From: Phaeosaccion multiseriatum
Taxonomy: Eukaryota > Protista > Ochrophyta, other classes
DNA: 64,000 nucleotides
NCBI GenBank assembly: GCA_965112735.1
Contig: OZ218963.1
Span: forward strand, 1,550,001-1,614,000
Direction of reading: 5' to 3'
Made by a program: the position numbers and the translations under genes
Shown here: positions 19,544-29,712 of the stretch, in pieces
Layout: each line of letters begins with the position of its first letter
How positions within the stretch are numbered: the stretch's first letter is position 1
The notes under the pieces: generated by a model
The model's input: the letters and a program-made list of their open reading frames with translations, nothing else
What the model was told of the DNA's origin: nothing
Databases searched by the model: none

Positions 19544-22500
19544 CGATGCCCCGCCGCTACAGAGTCGGTAGCAGCGGGGCCCGGAGCCCTGGGGCGGGGG
19601 GGGGTGGTAACGGCAAGTAGTAGGGCAGTAGATACGGGAGTTAGAGAGGGTAACAAATCACATAATGTAACACCTCATCGAGCTTGTGTATCGTCTTCCT
19701 TCAGCTTGCTAGCCACACTTCCTCCCTCCCCGAGGGGCGAGATTCACACAGTTGACAGCGGTAGGCCCGTTGACAGCGGTAGGGGGTGGGTTGACGGTGA
19801 TGGGGTGGAGCAGAAGGCGGAGAAGGCGAAGGAGGAGGAGGAGGAGGCGGCGGTGTGGGGTGCGGTAGGGGGCATGCCGTTGTGGCGGCAGCGAGCTTGC
19901 CGTGAGCCACGCCTTCCGAACCATATGCTGCGCATAGGGCGGCGGAAGCAGCAAGCGCTCACTCTGCGCGCAACAGCTGACGCCGCACGGGCTCGGGCGG
20001 CCGCGTTCCTACGTTGTGCAGTGGGGCTCCCAGCCGCTGGGGGTGCAGTCGAGGGTGCGGCCGTTGGAGGGTTGGGGGCTGCCCCGCTCACGTTGGTGGC
20101 GGTGGAGGCGGAGGCAGAGGCGGAGGCGGTGGAGGTGGAGGAGGAGGAGGAGGAGGAGGAGGAGGAGGAGGAGGAGGAGGAGGAGGCGGAGGAGGCGGAG
20201 GAGGCAGCTGACGCAGTAACGGCAGCGGCACAGGAGGGGCCGGCGGAGGAGGAGGAGGAGGAGGAGGAGGAGGAGGAGGAGGAGGAGGAGGAGGAGGAGG
20301 AGGAGGAGGAGGAGGAGGAGGAGGAGGAGGAGGAGGAGGAGGCGGAGGAGGAGGATGAGGAGGAGGAGGCGGCGGAGGAGGCAGCTGACGCCGTAACGGC
20401 GGAGGCACAGGAGGGGCCGGCGGAGGAGGAGGAGGAGGAGGCGGAGGAGGAGGAAGAGGAGGCGGCGGCGGAGGCAGCTGACGCAGTAACGGCGGCGGCC
20501 CAGGAGGGGCCGGCGGAGGCGCAGGCGGAGGAGCAACCGATGTCGGCGGCGCTGGAGGCGGCGGAGGAGGAGGGGGAGGAGGAGGAGAAGGAGGAGGAGG
20601 AGGAGGCGGAGGAGGCGGAGGCGGAGGAGGCAGCTGCCGCAGTGACGGCGGAGGCACCGGAGGGGCAGGAGGAGGCACAGGCGGAGGAGAAACCAATGTC
20701 GGAGGGGCTGGAGGCGGAGGAAGAGGCGAAGGAGGCTAAGGAGGAGCCGACGGAGACGGTGGCGGACAACGGGAACGAGGCTCGACAGACTGGTGCAGCA
20801 GCCGATGCAGCAATAGCAGCAGCGCTCTTTGGGGCTGAGCTGCAGGCAGAGGTTGAGGCCGCTGCACAGGGGCCGGCATGCGGGCTGGTGGGGGCGACGG
20901 CGGAGGCACAGCGGCGGGTCTGGAGGGCCCGACAGGTGGTGGTCATGCGGCGGTGGCGTGAAGGGCATGTGTTCCGCTGCCCTGCGTCTGCGGCTGCTGG
21001 CGTGCCCCGGGGGGTCATGGCTCTGCCGCTCGGGGTCCCTCCATGGGAACAGTCTCTCCGTGACCCCAGCCTGCTTCGGGAGTGGGTGTGGGCGGCGCAG
21101 GAGTGGGTGATCAGCGACGCACAGACAGCTACGCAAGCTGCACAGCGCTGGGCGGCAGAGTGCGCGGCCGCTCACGTGCGGGTGCTGACGTGGGCGGCCG
21201 AAACGTTTGTGATTCCGCCGGCTGGCCGTCGCGTACCTTCGGGGGTGGGGGTTGGGCCTTCAGCCGCGCCGGCAGGGAGTTCTGCTCTGCGGGTCGACGA
21301 CTGCGATGATTTCGACGCGCTGCTCGCGGAGCACGTCACCCTGCTGCCGGAGTGTAGTGGTGCTCTTCCTGCATTGTCTCCGACGGCGAAAGCGTGTCGA
21401 GCAGCTGCGCTCCTGGCACCAGCTGCCGAATCGGTGGAGAGGGAGTGCGTCAGTGGGTGCTCTCTGAGTGCGGAGCGGGAGCCCTGTGAGGTGTGCGTGC
21501 AGCGAGCGAGGGTGGAGATGGCGGCGCTCTCAGTCACTGACGATACAGGGGCAGCGTATCTGCGGCGGGAGGCGAGGCGGAAGCAGATTGAGATGACTCT
21601 GGCGATTAAGCAGACAGGGCGTACCGGGGTGTCGGTCAATCCGCGCGGGCATACGGTATCGGTGGTGCTTCAGTCTGCCCTTCAATTGCGCGAGCAGCTG
21701 CCACGGGCTCCGGTGTCGCTCACGGTGCAGGCCTTGGTGGACACCGGCGCCACTCACACGTGTGCCTCACGTGCGACCTTTGATCGTGGCGTCGCCGCAG
21801 GGGTCTTTCAGGTGCGCGATTTGGCGGAGGAGCGAGTGGCAGTTCGGTACGCCACGACTCAGGCCGCTACGTCAGCCTCGCTCGGTCGGGTGTGGGTGCA
21901 AATCGCCCTCACGCCTACGTGTCAGCCGGTGGTGGCCATGTGGGTAGTGGAGCACCTCGCCCGTCCCTTGATATTAGGCCAAGACGTGCTCACGATGGTG
22001 GGGGCGGTTACTGACCACAAGGTTCATCAGCTGTACGTGCATCCCACGGAGGCGAGTTCTCCGTCGTCGGAGCCGCGGTCGGAGGTTGACGATACCATCG
22101 CCGTGGCCGCTGTCAGCTTGGGGGAGTGTCAGGTGCTGGCGACTGAGGCACTTCGCCTCGCCCCGGGCGGCAAGGCCGTGCTCGTGCTGGAGGCGGACGG
22201 AGGTGTCGCAGGCGGGCGTCTCAGTGTGGAGTTGGGTGCCCACGGGCAGTTGCAGGCGCAGCAGGAGGCGTTGTGGTGGCTGAACCACGAGCAAGTCCTG
22301 GTGAGTCGTGCGGCGTGCGTGGTCGGTGCCACGCAGCAGTGGAGCATCGGTATACACAATCAGCACAATGAGACGATCGTCGTGGTCCCTGGGCAGGCTG
22401 TGGGCGTGGGCACGTATCTGCTGGCGGAGGAGGATCGGCGAGCAGCGGTGGAGGTGGCGTTGTGTGAGCCGGCTCCTCTTGTTGCGCCTTGCACGCCGGC

Positions 22501-25500
22501 CGGGGGCCTTCGTCCGCTCCCGCGTCGCTGGGCACGCTGGGGTGCGTCTCGTGCTGTGGTCGGTGGCGAGGAGCGTGGTGGTGGTGTCGGTGGCGGAAGT
22601 GCAGCAGCAGCCGGAGGAGGAGGAGGAGGAGATGGCGGAGGAGGCGGAGGAGGAGGCGGAGGAGGCGGAGGAGGAGTAGGAGGAGGCTCAGAAGGCGAAG
22701 GAGGAGGAGGAGGAGGAGGAGATGGCGGAGGCGGCGAAGGTGGAGGAGGAGGAGGCAACGACGGAGCGCCCCGACAGGCGTGGCTCGAGGCTGTGGCTTT
22801 GCGTGAGCGCTGGGGACGCGAGACAGTGGCCTCCGATCTGGTCGATGGGCCTGAGGATGTTTTCCGCCCTGTGCCGCTGGGGCCCGTGGCTCTGGGAGCC
22901 GTCCGTGCTCCGGTCGTGCAGGCAGTGCGGCCCGTGACGAGGGAGTCGGGCAAACACAGGCCCTGCAGGCCTGCTCGGCTGGGGCTCGGTCGGCGTCTAC
23001 GGGTGGCGCGGCGGCACGTCTCACTCTCGGTGGAGGGGCCTTTTACTGCTGGTCCTAGCATCTTGGCTCGCCACGCACGGGCTGTAGCGGCCGCAGCAGC
23101 AGCTGGCGGCGGCGGCGGAGGCGCAGCAGTCGCAGGAGGAGGCGCAGGAGGAGGAGGGGGAGGAGGAGGAGGAGGAGACGGAGGAGGAGGAGGAGGAGGA
23201 GGAGGAGGAGGAGGAGGAGGAGGAGGAGGAGGAGGAGGAGGAGGAGGCGGAGGAGCAGCAGGAGGAGGAGCACCTTCCCTGTGCGTGTCTGAGGCCGGTG
23301 TGGCAGCGGTGGACGGGGGGCCCTCAATTGGCGACGCTGGGCCTGGAGGAGGAGGAGGCGATGGAGGAGGAGCCAGCGGAGACGCAGGAGGAGGCGGGGG
23401 AGGAGGAGGAGGAGGAGGAGGAGGAGGAGGGGGAGGAGGAGGAGGCGGAGGAGGAGGAGGAGGAGGAGGAGGAGGAGGAGACGCAGGAGGAGGGGCACCT
23501 TCCCTGTGCGTGTCTGAGGTCGGTGTGGCAGCGGTGGAAGGGGGGTCCTCAATTGGCGACGCTGTGACTGGGGAGGTGGAGGTGGTGCCGACCACGGAGT
23601 CTCCCCAGGCCGCCCTGCATGCATTGCAGGATGACGTGACGGCTGGGCAGCAGGTTGAGGCTACTCAGGGCTGTCTACAGGGCCCGACCTGGACTATCGA
23701 CGAGCATGGTGCCTTGACGTTGGGCGGCACGGGTGAGGGACGGCAGGCGGGCACACGGGAGGCCGCTCACAGCTTGATCGTGCGTGAGTGGGCGCCTCGC
23801 CTCGCAGCGAGTGGGCAGGAGCGGCTCCGTACGTGTTTGGCGGCTGCGGAGGTGGGTGCAGTTACGGCTCTCCTGCTCCTCCGCCCACACGTGCAGCAGA
23901 CGCAAGGGGGCCTGGAGGGTGTCGATGATGTGGTGGTGGCTCAGTGGTTGGAGCAACTCTTGTCCATGTGGAGCAGTCACTCGTTGCTGAAGCAGGCCGG
24001 TGTGGAGACGGAGCTGAACGCAGCACTGCAGTTGTTTCTCACCATTCGGCGGCTCCTGTGGCAGTGTCGTGCCCTGCGGGCGGAGGTGGGAGGGTTGGCA
24101 GGTGGTGAATGTGTGCAGCAGCAGAGGCGGCGGGCGCAAGCAGCAGTGGCACGGGCCAAATTCTACCAGGCGCAGCTGCCCCAGCACATGCACGCAATGA
24201 CTATCGGTGATGAAGGTTGGACAGAAGCGCAGCGGTGGGGCTTGGTGGTGGTGTTGAAGCAGCGAGTAGCGGCCTTCTGCGTGGATGGGAGCGATGACGG
24301 CCGCACAGATTCGGGCCGGTTTGGGTTTCCGTTGCTGGACCCGAAGCAGCCGCCAATTCGGAGTGCGGCACGGCGCTACCCTCCTCCGGTCCGGCGCGGT
24401 ATTGAGATTGAGTTGAACAAGATGTTAGCAGCAGAGATCATCCGGCCCAGCACAGCAGCCTGGGCCACTCCACTCATGGCCGTGTTGAAGACGGACGAGC
24501 ACGGCAACACCAAGTGCCACGAGGACGGCACTCCGATCGTGCGGATGACGTGTGACCTGTCGCAGCTCAATGACGCGTGCCGCACGGAGGCGCCCGCCAT
24601 GCCAGTGGTGGATGATTTGCTGGCGGAAATGCAGGGGTCTACGGTCTTTTCGGTGATGGACATCATGTCTGGCTACTTCAATGTGCCCATGGCCACCACG
24701 GAGGATGAGGACATCTCTACATTTGTCTGCCACAGTGGCACGTACGCCTGGAGAGTCATGCCACAAGGAGCGAAGAATGCACCCGCCACGTTCGTACGCC
24801 TTATGAACACGGTGTTGCAGGGCCTACAGGCATTCGTGGCGTGCTTCGTGGACGACATTGCAGTTTTCTCCGCCACGGTGGATCAGCACATTGGCCAGTT
24901 AGACCAAGTTCTCGGCAGGATGGTGCAGCACAAGCTCAAGCTGGCGCCGAGCAAGGTGGTGTTGGGGGCATCTCAGGTGCTCTTCTGTGGGCATTTGGTG
25001 GATAGTGAGGGGGTGCGGGCCGATCCAGCCAAGTATGCAGCAGTTCGAGCGCTGGCCAAGCCCACTGCGCAGTCAGGCAATCAGGTGCGACAGGTCAGGC
25101 GCTTTGTAGGCATGCTCAGCTACTTCCGCAAATTCATTCCGGCGTTTGCCATGAAGGTGCGGCCGCTCAATGAGCTCTTGCGCAAAGGGGTGGATGTGCG
25201 GTCAGCGTGGGGGCCGAGGCACGACGCGGCGTGGGAGGGGCTCATCGAGGACCTGCTCCGCTCGCCCGCGTTGGCCTTCCCTCACTATGGCTCGGAATCG
25301 GTGTTCACGCTCAGCACCGACGCTTCAGCAGACGGGTTAGGGGGTGTGCTGTCGCAGCGGGATGCCGAGGGGGTGGAGCGAGTCGTGACGTTCATCAGTC
25401 GTGCCACTACCCCCACGGAGGCTCGGCTAGGCAGTACGGAGCTCGAGCTCTTGGCGGTGGTTTGGTGTGTGCGCAAGTTGAGCATGTACATTTGCCACCA

Positions 25501-25702
25501 TCCCTGCACGGTGGTGACGGACCACCAACCCTTGCTGTGGCTGGCGACGCACAAGGACACCAACTCCAAGCTCTTTCGGTGGTATGAACGGCTCTCTGCT
25601 CATCATCTCAAGTTTGTCCACAAACCGGGGCGGGAGCTTGTGGTGCCTGACTGCTTGTCACGCGACCCCTTGCCAGTGACTGAGTGGTGTGATTGCCAGT
25701 GA
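19544..25702 (+). CDS. pol: Gypsy pol part 1: poly-Glu linker, protease, dUTPase-like fold remnant, poly-Gly linker, RT, RNase H
   Basis: LVDTGAT, DIMSGY, MPQGAKNAP, CFVDDI, TDAS, TELELLA, TDHQPL, PDCLSR. The frame is open directly from the gag stop. Confidence 0.95.
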   Translation, partial: RCPAATESVAAGPGALGRGGVVTASSRAVDTGVREGNKSHNVTPHRACVSSSFSLLATLPPSPRGEIHTVDSGRPVDSGRGWVDGDGVEQKAEKAKEEEEEAAVWGAVGGMPLWRQRACREPRLPNHMLRIGRRKQQALTLRATADAARARAAAFLRCAVGLPAAGGAVEGAAVGGLGAAPLTLVAVEAEAEAEAVEVEEEEEEEEEEEEEEEEAEEAEEAADAVTAAAQEGPAEEEEEEEEEEEEEEEEEEEEEEEEEEEEEEEEAEEEDEEEEAAEEAADAVTAEAQEGPAEEEEEEAEEEEEEAAAEAADAVTAAAQEGPAEAQAEEQPMSAALEAAEEEGEEEEKEEEEEAEEAEAEEAAAAVTAEAPEGQEEAQAEEKPMSEGLEAEEEAKEAKEEPTETVADNGNEARQTGAAADAAIAAALFGAELQAEVEAAAQGPACGLVGATAEAQRRVWRARQVVVMRRWREGHVFRCPASAAAGVPRGVMALPLGVPPWEQSLRDPSLLREWVWAAQEWVISDAQTATQAAQRWAAECAAAHVRVLTWAAETFVIPPAGRRVPSGVGVGPSAAPAGSSALRVDDCDDFDALLAEHVTLLPECSGALPALSPTAKACRAAALLAPAAESVERECVSGCSLSAEREPCEVCVQRARVEMAALSVTDDTGAAYLRREARRKQIEMTLAIKQTGRTGVSVNPRGHTVSVVLQSALQLREQLPRAPVSLTVQALVDTGATHTCASRATFDRGVAAGVFQVRDLAEERVAVRYATTQAATSASLGRVWVQIALTPTCQPVVAMWVVEHLARPLILGQDVLTMVGAVTDHKVHQLYVHPTEASSPSSEPRSEVDDTIAVAAVSLGECQVLATEALRLAPGGKAVLVLEADGGVAGGRLSVELGAHGQLQAQQEALWWLNHEQVLVSRAACVVGATQQWSIGIHNQHNETIVVVPGQAVGVGTYLLAEEDRRAAVEVALCEPAPLVAPCTPAGGLRPLPRRWARWGASRAVVGGEERGGGVGGGSAAAAGGGGGGDGGGGGGGGGGGGGGVGGGSEGEGGGGGGGDGGGGEGGGGGGNDGAPRQAWLEAVALRERWGRETVASDLVDGPEDVFRPVPLGPVALGAVRAPVVQAVRPVTRESGKHRPCRPARLGLGRRLRVARRHVSLSVEGPFTAGPSILARHARAVAAAAAAGGGGGGAAVAGGGAGGGGGGGGGGDGGGGGGGGGGGGGGGGGGGGGGGGGAAGGGAPSLCVSEAGVAAVDGGPSIGDAGPGGGGGDGGGASGDAGGGGGGGGGGGGGGGGGGGGGGGGGGGGGGGDAGGGAPSLCVSEVGVAAVEGGSSIGDAVTGEVEVVPTTESPQAALHALQDDVTAGQQVEATQGCLQGPTWTIDEHGALTLGGTGEGRQAGTREAAHSLIVREWAPRLAASGQERLRTCLAAAEVGAVTALLLLRPHVQQTQGGLEGVDDVVVAQWLEQLLSMWSSHSLLKQAGVETELNAALQLFLTIRRLLWQCRALRAEVGGLAGGECVQQQRRRAQAAVARAKFYQAQLPQHMHAMTIGDEGWTEAQRWGLVVVLKQRVAAFCVDGSDDGRTDSGRFGFPLLDPKQPPIRSAARRYPPPVRRGIEIELNKMLAAEIIRPSTAAWATPLMAVLKTDEHGNTKCHEDGTPIVRMTCDLSQLNDACRTEAPAMPVVDDLLAEMQGSTVFSVMDIMSGYFNVPMATTEDEDISTFVCHSGTYAWRVMPQGAKNAPATFVRLMNTVLQGLQAFVACFVDDIAVFSATVDQHIGQLDQVLGRMVQHKLKLAPSKVVLGASQVLFCGHLVDSEGVRADPAKYAAVRALAKPTAQSGNQVRQVRRFVGMLSYFRKFIPAFAMKVRPLNELLRKGVDVRSAWGPRHDAAWEGLIEDLLRSPALAFPHYGSESVFTLSTDASADGLGGVLSQRDAEGVERVVTFISRATTPTEARLGSTELELLAVVWCVRKLSMYICHHPCTVVTDHQPLLWLATHKDTNSKLFRWYERLSAHHLKFVHKPGRELVVPDCLSRDPLPVTEWCDCQ

Positions 25703-28700
25703 CTGAGTGGTGTGATGCGGTGGGAGTGGAGGTGGCGTTGGTGGATGTGGTGGGTGACACCCTCGCGTTAGGGTGGGAGGATCCGGTGGAAGGTGCGGTG
25801 CTGCGGTTTGCTGCCGCGGCGCAGCAGTTGCAAGGGGAGGCGGTGGCGGCTCAGTCAGTGCCTATGGAGGGACTCTCGTCGGTCACGGCGAGACAGCAGG
25901 CGTCGGCAGGTTTGGAGGCGCTGTGCGTGGACAGTGTGGCGGTCGCGGCGCCAGGCGGCTTCGGGTCGGCTCGGTTGCAGCACGTGGAGCAGATGCGGCA
26001 ATGTGGCTGGGCTCCAGTGACCCTGTCCCACATCAACGAGAAGAAACGGGTGATAGAGGAGTGGTCTCAGCTGCCGCTGCTTCTCAGCCACGTGCCAGCA
26101 GCGCGGTGCACGTACATACGCACGGAGGAGCAGGTGTGGGACATGCGAGCGGCACTGCGGGAGGCGACAGTGGTGGCCATGGACTCGGAGTGGGCTATAC
26201 GCACTCCTCCTCGGCCGGCGTCTCTGCTGCAATTGGGTGTTCAGTATAGCGGCGTCGCCAATTCGGAGCGTGATTGTGGGTTCTGGGTGGATTTGGACAG
26301 TTTGAGTGGCAATGGTGGTATGGAGGCGCTGGCGGCGGTGCTGAGTGAGCTGTGGGGCGACGGGGGGATTATGAAGCTGGCGCATCACTGGAGTCACGAC
26401 CAGCGTGCCCTAGGGAAGTGGCCGGCGTTGGCGCCGCATGTGTGGACCATCGCCAACTTGGTCGACACGACGCATCTATTCAAGGAGGTGTGGCCTGAGC
26501 ACTGCCGTCCCATTGGCTTAGCAGACCTGGTTAGTATGTTCCTGCAGCGTTTTATGAGCAAGGAGGAGCAGAAGACGGATTGGACTCAGCGGGAGCTCAC
26601 TGCGGCCCAGCTCAGCTATGCCTTCGACGATGTGGCCGCATTACTACAGTTGCTGCCGAAGATGCGGGCTTGTGCAGTTCCGGTGCCGTCTGCGATGGAA
26701 GTGAGCGCGGTGGATAGCGGGGTGGCGGGTGTGACGCGTGCTGAGATGCGCGCAGGACAGTTCGTCTCTGCCGGGGTGGGGTATTGGGCCGATCGGGAGC
26801 AGGCCAGTCCACTCTTCATTTTCTCAGCGACCGCTAAGTCAGTGGAGATGATCGACCTGATCCTTCTTTCTTACCGACATCCCCAGTGGACCTGGACGGA
26901 GCTCATGGACGCAGTGGAGCAGTTCAGGGCGCGCTATCGGCCGGCCGCGGCGCGGAGGCGTGGCAAGCTGTCACTACCTCGAGCGGTTATGATTGAGAAG
27001 ACGTGGAGTGCCACCGCCGCAGATACGGGCGGCTACTACACCATGGTGACCCCCACAGAGGCCCAGCAGCAGTGGCAAACCCAAGGTGTGGCGTGGGACA
27101 TCCCTGCCGCCGTCGAGGCCGCGGGCGTGGTGGGTGCATCGACGGTGGAGGCGGAGCGCACACCGACCGCGGCCACAGCAGACGCCACAGCCGGCGGCGG
27201 TGACGGTGCGGGTGGTGCAGGCGGCGGAGGAGGGGTTGAAGGCGGCGGCAGCGGCGGAGGCGGAGGTGGAGGAGGAGGAGGAGGAGGAGGAGGAGGAGGA
27301 GGAGGAGGCGGAGGAGGAGGAGGAGGAGGCGGCGGACTCACAGTTGGCGGCTCGGCCACGGGGGTGGAGGGACGAGAGGCTGGAGCGACTCCAGCGGCTG
27401 CGGCGAGCGAGGCAGCAGCGCTGGCAGACGTGGAGGCCGCAAGGCAGGCTGCTACGCGGCAATTTGGGTGGTCCCTTCCTGGTGTTCCCCCGGCAGTGGG
27501 TGAGCAGTCGTGCGCAGCCCGCATATTGCATGGGGCTCGCACTTACGAGCCCGCGTGGTGGGTGAAGGCGCAGCAGCAGGACCCTGAGCTGGAGGGGTGG
27601 CGTCAGAAGGTCTTGACAGCCTCCCCGGGTGAGGGGGTGTTCGATGCGGGCGGGGGGGAGTTCTCTCTCGATGGCGATGGAGTCCTTCGTCGCAAGTGGG
27701 CCCCCGGGGGCCGACGGTGGCGAGTAGAGCGAACGAGGTTGCAGCTTTGTGTCCCCAAGGCGCTCAGGCCTGCACTACTGCATGCAACTCACGGCGATGC
27801 AGTCTCAGGCGGACACCACGGGCCCGGGCGGATGCTGGACGCGCTGCAGGAGCGCGTGTGGTGGCCCTCCATGAACGGGCACGCGTTGTACTGGGCCCGT
27901 TCGTGTCTTGCGTGCCAGACACGCAAGACCCTACGGAGGCGCCCTCCGCAGGTTCCGCTCTCGTCCATCTCATCGGAGGCCGTGAATGGGCCATGGGCGG
28001 TTATGGGTGCTGACGTGGCGGGACCATTCCCCATGGCCATGGGGGGGGAGGAGTACATTTTGGTGTTTCAAGATTGGTTCACAAAATGGACGGTGGTGGT
28101 ACCATTGTGCGCCAAGGACTATACTGCGGAGGGCATTGCTAGGGCATTCGTGCGGCATGTAGTGACGGTGCTGGGGGCGCCCAAGGTGCTGGTCAGTGAC
28201 CAAGGATCGCAATTCACGAGCACGCTCAAGGCCGATGTGCTGCGCGTGCTCCAGACATCACAAGTCTTCACTACGCCGATGCATCAGCAAGCCAATGGAC
28301 AAGTGGAGCGCTTCATGGCCACGATGAAGGACATGCTGGCGACGACGGTGGAGGCCCAGATGCAGCAGTGGCCTGAGTATGTTCCCGCGCTCACGTACGC
28401 GTACAACTGCAGAGCTCACAAGACCACAGGCCTCTCCCCGTACTATACGCTCTTTGGGCGACACCCCCCGATCCCGCTTCAAGCGATGCTGTCTGCCCTC
28501 GAGGAGGACGGCTCGTTCGAGACGCCTTCGGCATGGGTGCATGAGCTGAGGGCGCGGATGGCAGCGGCGACGCAGGTGGTGACAGGCAGGCGCGAGGAGT
28601 ACCGCAGCAGACTACAGCTCAAGAACCGTGAGCGTCGCTGGCCAGCGCCGATGCCTCCTGGCACCAAGGTGTGGTTGTACCGTCCAGGGGGGGCGGCGCA

Positions 28701-29415
28701 GGAGGAGGGAGAGGCCATGGAGGAGCAGAAGGCACTGACGCTCAAGGCGCTGAGTCATGCTTGGGACGGACCGTTCCAAGTCCTGGCTTGGCCCACACAG
28801 CAGGCCTTTCAGGCGCGACATGGTGGGGTTCTCAACGCTGAGCACTACGCGGTGATGCGCCGGAGCACGGTGTATCTGGATGTGCCTAGGGTCAGAGGCG
28901 GGGGAGTGGAGTTCAAGCAAGGGGCGTACCATCGGGACCTCACCAAGCTGTTCGTTGATGGGGTGAGTGGCCAGCCGGAAGGGCTACCAGATGGGTTCGC
29001 TCGATACCACATCCGTTACTGCTCAGCCCACTGGGGTACTAGTGCACTGCAGGAGAAGCGTAGCGTGACCGATGACGAGGTTGGGATAGGGCGGGCGCCC
29101 GAGCTGGCGCGGATAGTGAAGATGAGGTGGCGTAAGGCCACAGGGCAGCCCCTACGGCGTGAGTACTGTGTACGTTGGGCTGTACGGGAGGGTGGCAGTT
29201 ATCAGACGTGGGAGTGGGACGATTGGCTCTTGCGGCGCGGGGAGAGGGCGGCAATAGAGGCATTCGAGGACTCTTTGGCGCCAGGGGCGTTGGACCCGAG
29301 CGTGCAGCGCAAGCGTGGGCAGCGGTCTAAACGAGAGCGCACCGTGCGCGCCATGTTGCACGAGAAGTGGGGGATGGGCATCGCTGCGGAGACGGCGCAA
29401 CATTTGGGGTTCTAG
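25693..29415 (+). CDS. pol: Gypsy pol part 2: DEDDy 3'-5' exonuclease, integrase (H2C2, DDE, GPF), chromodomain
   Basis: MDSEW…HHWSHD…SKEEQKTDWTQRELTAAQLSYAFDD, GGHHG…CLAC, GADVAGP, SDQGSQF, NGQVER, WDGPF, REYCVRW…TWE. Separated from part 1 only by a 23-bp tandem duplication at 25671-25716. Confidence 0.95.
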   Translation: MPVTEWCDAVGVEVALVDVVGDTLALGWEDPVEGAVLRFAAAAQQLQGEAVAAQSVPMEGLSSVTARQQASAGLEALCVDSVAVAAPGGFGSARLQHVEQMRQCGWAPVTLSHINEKKRVIEEWSQLPLLLSHVPAARCTYIRTEEQVWDMRAALREATVVAMDSEWAIRTPPRPASLLQLGVQYSGVANSERDCGFWVDLDSLSGNGGMEALAAVLSELWGDGGIMKLAHHWSHDQRALGKWPALAPHVWTIANLVDTTHLFKEVWPEHCRPIGLADLVSMFLQRFMSKEEQKTDWTQRELTAAQLSYAFDDVAALLQLLPKMRACAVPVPSAMEVSAVDSGVAGVTRAEMRAGQFVSAGVGYWADREQASPLFIFSATAKSVEMIDLILLSYRHPQWTWTELMDAVEQFRARYRPAAARRRGKLSLPRAVMIEKTWSATAADTGGYYTMVTPTEAQQQWQTQGVAWDIPAAVEAAGVVGASTVEAERTPTAATADATAGGGDGAGGAGGGGGVEGGGSGGGGGGGGGGGGGGGGGGGGGGGGGGGGLTVGGSATGVEGREAGATPAAAASEAAALADVEAARQAATRQFGWSLPGVPPAVGEQSCAARILHGARTYEPAWWVKAQQQDPELEGWRQKVLTASPGEGVFDAGGGEFSLDGDGVLRRKWAPGGRRWRVERTRLQLCVPKALRPALLHATHGDAVSGGHHGPGRMLDALQERVWWPSMNGHALYWARSCLACQTRKTLRRRPPQVPLSSISSEAVNGPWAVMGADVAGPFPMAMGGEEYILVFQDWFTKWTVVVPLCAKDYTAEGIARAFVRHVVTVLGAPKVLVSDQGSQFTSTLKADVLRVLQTSQVFTTPMHQQANGQVERFMATMKDMLATTVEAQMQQWPEYVPALTYAYNCRAHKTTGLSPYYTLFGRHPPIPLQAMLSALEEDGSFETPSAWVHELRARMAAATQVVTGRREEYRSRLQLKNRERRWPAPMPPGTKVWLYRPGGAAQEEGEAMEEQKALTLKALSHAWDGPFQVLAWPTQQAFQARHGGVLNAEHYAVMRRSTVYLDVPRVRGGGVEFKQGAYHRDLTKLFVDGVSGQPEGLPDGFARYHIRYCSAHWGTSALQEKRSVTDDEVGIGRAPELARIVKMRWRKATGQPLRREYCVRWAVREGGSYQTWEWDDWLLRRGERAAIEAFEDSLAPGALDPSVQRKRGQRSKRERTVRAMLHEKWGMGIAAETAQHLGF

Positions 29416-29712
29416 ACCTTGCGGTGGTGGTGGTCGCAGAGACGGGATAGGCATTGGGGATGTTGGAAGGTTACGGGATGTTGGAAGGCCTCAGAGTGAG
29501 AAGGACCATAAGTCAATGGTCGGTGTGTCCTATATTACGTAGATTCTGAGTGGAGGAGGACGTCAGAACGGTGATCTTGGTATAAGGAGAGCCTAGCAGC
29601 AGGGCTTGCAAACGGGTTCCATCCCGTATAATATATCAAGTGTTACCACTTGTCTAAGCGGCTTAGGTCGCTTTTACACTATGAACAAGTGTTTGATAGC
29701 GAGGAAGGAAGC

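Larger units (their letters stand above)
17626..29678 (+). mobile_element. Ty3/Gypsy chromodomain retrotransposon, ~12 kb, TSD CTAT; 5' LTR reduced to 14 bp, 3' LTR 29461-29678
   Basis: CTAT at 17622-17625 and 29679-29682. AGGTCGCTTTTACA ends both LTR positions. PPT before 29461. Domain order gag-PR-RT-RH-IN-chromo. The Copia-1 integrase resumes (YEQVFDSEE) after 29679. Confidence 0.92.

Noticed and set aside
19744-23624. Antisense poly-Ser/Pro/Leu ORFs in the Gypsy
   Set aside because: Shadow frames of GC-rich (GGA)n coding sequence.
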